Shown one piece after another: positions 58,678 through 64,000 of a DNA stretch of 64,000 nt. Below the pieces are notes generated by a model, which saw only the letters and a list, made by a program, of their open reading frames with translations, made no database searches and was not told the origin of the DNA. Positions within the stretch are counted from its first letter, which is position 1, and every line of letters starts with the position of its first letter. The translations under genes and the position numbers were made by a program. Origin of the DNA: a virus (lineage: Duplodnaviria > Caudoviricetes); IMG/VR virus record IMGVR_UViG_3300021400_001148, positions 1 through 64,000 of that record, one strand, 5' to 3'.

Positions 58678-59642
58678 ATTTAATAAGACCAAGTTACGAA
58701 ATAATTGAGCAGGGCATGGGACTGCAGGGAGTCTATGATATCATAGAAAACGCCGGGAAAACTTCGTATAAAAGCCCAGTCAAGGGTGGTGATGATGCAA
58801 AAAAATTCGTAGAGACTCGTTCCAATGAAAAACATGGTGCGGTTCTAGAATTCGGCACTGTTTACCTTGGTTTCGAGGATGCGGTGACCATCTTGCCGTC
58901 ACAACAAGCATACATTGATGAAGCGGTCGCTTTTTATGAGAAAAACAAGTTCTCGGTTGTCAACGCTGTTCCCGGAATCGGATGGTTCGTCACTACGAAT
59001 TTCCGCGTCATTGTTGAGAATCACCGAGAGGAAGATTTACTTTACCTCTATTGTAACAATCACCCATCAGGGCATCATGAAAAGCGATACTGCGTAAGGT
59101 TCACTCTCGACAGGTTTACCGGCGAGGAATTCCTTCGTCACCGTGTGTTCTCCTTCTGCAGGGAAAGTACGAGATACTGCAACTATTCGAAGGACAAGTT
59201 CAATAACAACATTACATTCGTAATACCCCCGTGGATTGGAAAGGAAGACCTTGCTGAAGGTGAAAATATACAATACTGGGATGGTGATTGGGTTGATATG
59301 AATGAAATGAAAATCATCGCTTCCGACCGTTCATCGAAGGTCTCCCACTGGCTTAATGCAGTTGCAAGAAGCGAAATGGATTACATGGAACTTGTGTCCG
59401 GCCATGGAGAAGAAAAGGCGTGGACACCGCAAATGGCCAGAACAATTCTGCCGTGCGCCATCAAGTCACCACTTGCAATGTGTGGTTTTGCCCACGACTG
59501 GATTCACTTTTTCCACTTGAGGGTGTTCGGAACCACTGGAGCCCCCCACCCACAGGCAAAGGAACTGGCAGAGCCACTTATGAACGAGTTTATTAAAAGG
59601 GGATACTTAACAGAAGAAGAAATTAAAGCTAAAATAGTATGA
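58674..59642 (+). CDS. thyX: FAD-dependent thymidylate synthase
   Basis: HGAVLEFG, LRHRVFSFCRESTRYC, ARTILP and W.HFF.LR...PHPQ motifs. Confidence 0.93.
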   Translation: MNLIRPSYEIIEQGMGLQGVYDIIENAGKTSYKSPVKGGDDAKKFVETRSNEKHGAVLEFGTVYLGFEDAVTILPSQQAYIDEAVAFYEKNKFSVVNAVPGIGWFVTTNFRVIVENHREEDLLYLYCNNHPSGHHEKRYCVRFTLDRFTGEEFLRHRVFSFCRESTRYCNYSKDKFNNNITFVIPPWIGKEDLAEGENIQYWDGDWVDMNEMKIIASDRSSKVSHWLNAVARSEMDYMELVSGHGEEKAWTPQMARTILPCAIKSPLAMCGFAHDWIHFFHLRVFGTTGAPHPQAKELAEPLMNEFIKRGYLTEEEIKAKIV

Positions 59643-59901
59643 AACAAAAGTTATTTTTTGTAGTGTATGTGGATGTTTCCCGTATTGCCATTGAAGACAC
59701 TGCGGGATACATTAATAATGTGGCAAAATCTCTTTGCCCCAGTCCAAGAGAGGATGCTGAGTTCTATTTTATTCCAAACACACAGGGGGAAAGTAAAATC
59801 GAATGTCTTAACCCCGTAAGAGTTTCCGATGATGAGTATGCGGAAGTTGAAAAAAATGTGAGGGAGATGAGCCAGAAGGTTAATGAGTGTCTTGCCGGTT
59901 T

Positions 59902-59943
59902 GCGCCAGAAAGGCAAGTGTGAAACTAAAAATGGTTAATTTTG
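59902..59943 (+). promoter_or_regulatory. GCGCC-N29-TAnnTTTG promoter
   Basis: GCGCC at 59902, TAATTTTG at 59936. Confidence 0.6.
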
Positions 59944-60098
59944 TATGTCAAAGGAAGAGTTCAGACAAAATGCAGCCATTTCGGCATTGCAAGGTGTGAT
60001 TGAGGCCAAATATGGCGTCGCTCTTGAAGTAGACACCGACCTCGCTGCCGACATGGCAATACGACTGGCCAACAGTTTAACAGAAAAATATTTTAACA

Positions 60099-60542
60099 AT
60101 GAAAAGTTACAAGGGTAATATTGTACCGGAAGAAGGTACTGTTTTTGTTTTCGGGTCTAATCCAGAAGGCCGTCACGGCGCCGGTTCCGCTGCTGTAGCG
60201 GTCAAGCAGTTCGGTGCAAAATATGGACAGGGCGAAGGGCTGCAGGGCAATGCATACGCACTTCCCACAACGGAACTCAGGTGGCAGATGCGTGACAAGT
60301 ATTCGAGATATTCAATGAGCCGGGATACTATTGTCGAGAACATCAAACGAATGTACGATTGTGCCCGTCAGAACCCGGACAAAAAATTCAAGGTGGCTTA
60401 CAGGAACCAGCCGGATGAGGTCACACTTTGCGGGTATGCAGGGAAGGACCTTATGGGTATGTTCAAAGAGGCAAAGGGCGATGGTGAATACCCCGAGAAT
60501 ATTTATTTCTCCGAAGAGTGGGTTAACTCCGGGTTACTTTAA
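60099..60542 (+). CDS. A1S_2505-family phage protein (macrodomain-like)
   Basis: VFVFGSN.EGRHGAG.A..A...FGA..GQGEGLQGNAYALPT motif. Confidence 0.7.
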   Translation: MKSYKGNIVPEEGTVFVFGSNPEGRHGAGSAAVAVKQFGAKYGQGEGLQGNAYALPTTELRWQMRDKYSRYSMSRDTIVENIKRMYDCARQNPDKKFKVAYRNQPDEVTLCGYAGKDLMGMFKEAKGDGEYPENIYFSEEWVNSGLL

Positions 60543-61336
60543 GATTTGGAAGCAATCCAGCGTTTGATGCCATTCAAATGAATTTTTGTTATGGCTTCTC
60601 GCCCTTCGTCGGAGAGGAGCCATTCGCATTCTTCTTTGTTCGTATAGAACATATTCTCAGTAAGAATGGCCGGGCAGTTGGTTTTGACAAGGACAGTAAA
60701 ATTTGCTTCGTAGTCCGGGCCGTCATTTCCTGCCGGCTGGTTTTTTCCATTACGGACCTTTTTACCCATTGTAGGAAGGACTTTTTTGGCTTCTTCCCAG
60801 AACATTGTTGCGACAGCGTCTGATTTGGTGTTACCCACACAAGTGTAAACCTCCCAACCGTTAGGTGTTGTCCACTCAGCACCATTCCCGTATGCATTGG
60901 CGTGAACTGAAATGAAAAGGCAGTTGGTTACACCATATTTGTCACAAAAGGCGTTGGCTCTCGCAGCACGCTTTGAGAGTGCAATGTCGGTGTCTATCTC
61001 CGGAACAAGTATTTCATAATGAATGCCCTCAGCATCCAGAAGACGCGAAAGCCTTGCCACGATGTCCCTGTTGAATTCATACTCGAAGAGTTGGGTGCCA
61101 TCTTCGAGTTTGGGGCTTCTTTTACCGGCAGTTGATGATGCATGTCCGTTATCGAGAAGAACCACAAGGTCCCTGTTGGCAACACTTCCGTAGTGAGCAG
61201 ACTCCTCTTCTTCCAGTTCTTGAAATGTTTCAGCGTCGTCCGTTACAATTTCCTGCTGTTCAACGGATATAATCTCCTCATTTTCTGTTACCTCTGCATA
61301 TTCCGATTTTTCACTTTTCTTTTTCAGCCAGCACAT
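60539..61336 (-). CDS. N-acetylmuramoyl-L-alanine amidase (Amidase_3), endolysin
   Basis: LDNGH, EYEFN, ISVHANA and PAILTEN motifs; minus-strand TATTTATA at 61350-61357. Confidence 0.9.
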   Translation of the reverse strand: MCWLKKKSEKSEYAEVTENEEIISVEQQEIVTDDAETFQELEEEESAHYGSVANRDLVVLLDNGHASSTAGKRSPKLEDGTQLFEYEFNRDIVARLSRLLDAEGIHYEILVPEIDTDIALSKRAARANAFCDKYGVTNCLFISVHANAYGNGAEWTTPNGWEVYTCVGNTKSDAVATMFWEEAKKVLPTMGKKVRNGKNQPAGNDGPDYEANFTVLVKTNCPAILTENMFYTNKEECEWLLSDEGREAITKIHLNGIKRWIASKS

Positions 61337-61375
61337 AAATTCTTTTTTCTATAAATAGATGCAGGCAAAACAATT

Positions 61376-61417
61376 GCGCCGAGGTTATCAAACTTTACTT
61401 TTTTTGCTGTATTTTTG
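61376..61417 (+). promoter_or_regulatory. GCGCC-N29-TAnnTTTG promoter
   Basis: GCGCC at 61376, TATTTTTG at 61410. Confidence 0.65.
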
Positions 61418-61443
61418 TGATGAGAATTAAAAAAATATAAATT

Positions 61444-61731
61444 ATGAGCATTTTTTGGATTTTTGTGATTTCATTCATTTGTGGTATTGTAAGTTCTATC
61501 GGCTTCAAGATATTTGCCGACAGTGTTACTGAGAAGTCTGAGGATAAGCGGTTCATCGCGTGGCTTTTCATTACTCTTGCTTCTATTGTGATGATGATTG
61601 TGTATGCTGATATTTTTACTTCCCCACTCGAAAAGAAACTGAAAACTTTGGAGGAAACTATCCAGAGTATTCAAAAGGATGAAACTCTCCAGAGTATTCA
61701 AAACGAAAAAGAAGAAACACTATACCTTTAA
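61444..61731 (+). CDS. Two-TM membrane protein
   Basis: Two hydrophobic segments; ETxQSIQ duplicated. Confidence 0.65.
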   Translation: MSIFWIFVISFICGIVSSIGFKIFADSVTEKSEDKRFIAWLFITLASIVMMIVYADIFTSPLEKKLKTLEETIQSIQKDETLQSIQNEKEETLYL

Positions 61732-61804
61732 ACCCATTGAAAGGTTAGTTTTACATTTTCCACATATTTATGATATGTGGAATAATTTTTTAATATAACC
61801 CATA

Positions 61805-62323
61805 ATGAGACTTACAGAAGAAGACCTTGTATATTTGGTAAACAGAACAGTTTCCCTACTGAAAGAGGATGTTAAAGTCAGTGAAGATTTCTGGCAGACA
61901 CTTGATGGTTCGGCGGCCGGCTATGAGAAAACCGAAGTGAAAACCGAAGACATGCCTAACGATGACAGTGATTCGGATGCGGAAGAAATCACAGATACCG
62001 AGTCTGGGAATGTGAGCGAACCCGAACATAAGGAAAACAATGCCCCGGTTGATGATGCGGACGATTCGGCAACGGATGTTGTGGGCACCGATGACAACGA
62101 TTCAGCACAAACCAAGAGTACAACCGGAAGTCAACTTGGGCAGGGCGGTGACCCGTTCAGTCAGAAGATAGGTGACAGTTCCTCAGAGAGCGACAATGGG
62201 GAAAGTACTGACACCAAAAACGACGGTTGGGGCAGTTCGGAAAAACTTGACAGTGTTGTCGGAGGGGTTATTGACAATTTCAAAAAAGAAGTCAATGAGG
62301 CCCGCAGGCACCAAAGACAATAA
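61805..62323 (+). CDS. Acidic low-complexity protein with LTEEDL..LLKE propeptide-like N-terminus
   Basis: N-terminus resembles that of 2325-2741; TATTTAT at 61765. Confidence 0.65.
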   Translation: MRLTEEDLVYLVNRTVSLLKEDVKVSEDFWQTLDGSAAGYEKTEVKTEDMPNDDSDSDAEEITDTESGNVSEPEHKENNAPVDDADDSATDVVGTDDNDSAQTKSTTGSQLGQGGDPFSQKIGDSSSESDNGESTDTKNDGWGSSEKLDSVVGGVIDNFKKEVNEARRHQRQ

Positions 62324-62358
62324 GAAAAATCCCTCGGAGTTCTCTGGGGGATTTCTTT

Positions 62359-62856
62359 TTAAGGGAGGAAAATTAACACCACTAGAAGCAGTACTGCAAT
62401 CATCAGGGTATCAAACTGTTTTCTCTCAGTGTTTTTCATTGTATTATAATAGGTTTCCTCATAATCGTGGAAAATACTGATTCTGTATTCCCTCTGCCAG
62501 TCCTTCTTAATACATTCAAGACTATGTGAAATATTATTTGTTTTCAGAAAAACATAGTTCAACAGACTTACTACGAAGTTGTAAATTGCAATGGCCCATA
62601 CGAACAGATTTGCCAACGGAGTCCACGGGGCAACAGGAACCATCCCGAATAAAATCAAGACAATACCATACAAAGCAATGCCGGCATCAGACAGCCCACA
62701 TAAAATATCAGATTTTACGAGCCTGTCCCTGAATGCCGTCGGTGCACCGCGATGGGACGGTATTACCATAAAATCCTTAGCCGCAGTGTATCCAAAAATC
62801 AGGAAATGAAGCCCGCCGAGCAGTAGAAATACACAACCTATTATTGTCTCTATCAT
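62359..62856 (-). CDS. Multi-pass membrane protein
   Basis: Four hydrophobic segments; minus-strand TATATTTG promoter upstream. Confidence 0.7.
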   Translation of the reverse strand: MIETIIGCVFLLLGGLHFLIFGYTAAKDFMVIPSHRGAPTAFRDRLVKSDILCGLSDAGIALYGIVLILFGMVPVAPWTPLANLFVWAIAIYNFVVSLLNYVFLKTNNISHSLECIKKDWQREYRISIFHDYEETYYNTMKNTERKQFDTLMIAVLLLVVLIFLP

Positions 62857-62925
62857 AAAGTTTTCTTTTGGCAAATATACAAAAAAATCCCCGGCATTGA
62901 AAGCCGGGGATAAACAACAAGGGAA

Positions 62926-63408
62926 TCACTTGTTGAGTTGGTTTTCGTAGACATAGGCAATAATCGCAATGGCCTCGGAGATTGAAATCTTGTTGTCGTC
63001 GGCGAGGGCTTTTGCGAGAAGAGTTGAAAGAGTTGCCCAAGTGGTTGCGCTGAGGCTCTCCGGAAGGAGTTTGATGGCCTCCTGTGCGGCGACAATCTTT
63101 TCCGCAAGCGTAGCCTTTTCAGCAACATTGGATGCAAGATTGAGAGAATCGATGATGATAGGAAGATTTTTTTCCAGCCATTTCCTTACGGCAGGTACAT
63201 ATTTCGCACCGTATTTGGTATCAACAGTTCTAAGAATTGTCTCTACGATGTCCGCAGCCGCAGATTCGTTGAAGTCTTTGATGGTGTTTATTACGCTGAT
63301 AGCAATGGGGGCGTATTTCACCACGAAATCATCGACCTTTGATGATGTACTTTTAAACCAAGTCACAATCTTGGACCACAGGTTTTTGATTGTTTCAATG
63401 AATTTCAT
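62926..63408 (-). CDS. Hypothetical protein, probably late-expressed
   Basis: Start MKFIETIK follows minus-strand TATTTATA at 63424-63431. Confidence 0.65.
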   Translation of the reverse strand: MKFIETIKNLWSKIVTWFKSTSSKVDDFVVKYAPIAISVINTIKDFNESAAADIVETILRTVDTKYGAKYVPAVRKWLEKNLPIIIDSLNLASNVAEKATLAEKIVAAQEAIKLLPESLSATTWATLSTLLAKALADDNKISISEAIAIIAYVYENQLNK

Positions 63409-63433
63409 AATAATGCATTTTCTTATAAATATT

Positions 63434-63475
63434 GCGCCCAGCCGGTTAGTTTTTCCCATCCTTTTTGTATATTTG
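63434..63475 (+). promoter_or_regulatory. GCGCC-N29-TAnnTTTG promoter
   Basis: GCGCC at 63434, TATATTTG at 63468. Confidence 0.7.
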
Positions 63476-63490
63476 CGAAAACAAAGAGAA

Positions 63491-64000
63491 ATGGAAGATT
63501 GCAGCAAGTACATTTTCATTTGGAAAAACGATTTCTTCCGAATGACCGACTACTTTTTCGATAAGAAAAAGAAGATATTCTATGACCTCACCAATATTAA
63601 GACTGGTGAGGAATATTCGGATGTGCCTCAGGATGAAGTTGTAATATATAAGGGTGTGTATTCCGTGGATGGTTTGAAAGATTTGCCGTCCCCAGACTTT
63701 CTTTTTTTCTGGAGACCTTTTAATTTCGGAAAGAGAATCGGCCCCGGGGTGTTTTCTCAGTGGTATGTTTCACCGTTTGTTATTGATGGCATAACATACG
63801 ATACAGCCGAAAGGTATATGATGGCACAGAAGGCAAAATATTTCAACGACATTGATGTATTCCATCAGATTATGTCTGCTGAAACTGCTGCCGAGTGTAA
63901 AATACTTGGGAAAAAAGTGAAAAATTTTGTTGAGGACAAGTGGGATGAGGTGAAAGGTGCTATTATATTCAATGCCAACATCGCTAAGTTCTCCCAAAAC
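63491..64000 (+). CDS. NADAR (YbiA-like) family protein, truncated by the window end
   Basis: Hand translation gives FLFFW...FSQWYVSPF.IDGITY.TAERYMMAQKAKYFND...KILGKKVKNF...W...AKFSQN. Confidence 0.88.
   Translation, partial: MEDCSKYIFIWKNDFFRMTDYFFDKKKKIFYDLTNIKTGEEYSDVPQDEVVIYKGVYSVDGLKDLPSPDFLFFWRPFNFGKRIGPGVFSQWYVSPFVIDGITYDTAERYMMAQKAKYFNDIDVFHQIMSAETAAECKILGKKVKNFVEDKWDEVKGAIIFNANIAKFSQN

Noticed and set aside
1-64000. Stop-codon reassignment (as in Lak or some crAss-like phages)
   Set aside because: Conserved genes are full length in code 11, TAG/TGA/TAA all end genes at expected positions, and no suppressor tRNA is seen.

Overview
This window looks like a segment of a large tailed phage of a Bacteroidota host (gut/rumen type), using genetic code 11. 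The host inference rests on many TAnnTTTG (-7) promoters, A-rich starts without Shine-Dalgarno motifs and dense small ORFs. The left end (1-3.3 kb) is an RNA-rich island. It holds the 3' part of a group I intron in tRNA-Leu(UAG), tRNA-Leu(CAA), a tRNA-Leu(UAA) with a 71-nt intron lacking any ribozyme core, a PTH2-like gene, an HNH endonuclease and two unannotated structured RNAs, one of about 460 nt with its own promoter, boxA and terminator. The rest encodes SSB, Hsp20, DnaK, thioredoxin, MetK, RmlA/RmlD, a double glycosyltransferase, methyltransferases (one apparently catalytically dead), ThyX, a PncA/Prs-like/Nampt-like NAD module (NARP1-like) with nearby ART-, macro- and NADAR-like genes, an amidase endolysin, adhesin-like proteins and a long array of small mosaic ORFs. 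Two sequence-level systems stand out. First, three nuclease-less IS200/IS605 (TnpB omegaRNA-type) cassettes sit at ATGA/TCAT gene junctions and carry promoters. Second, a bipartite promoter with GCGCC starting exactly 34 nt before TAnnTTTG occurs 13 times, alongside a separate TATTTAT(A) motif before structural and lysis genes. All family assignments come from motif recognition by eye; no database searches were run.
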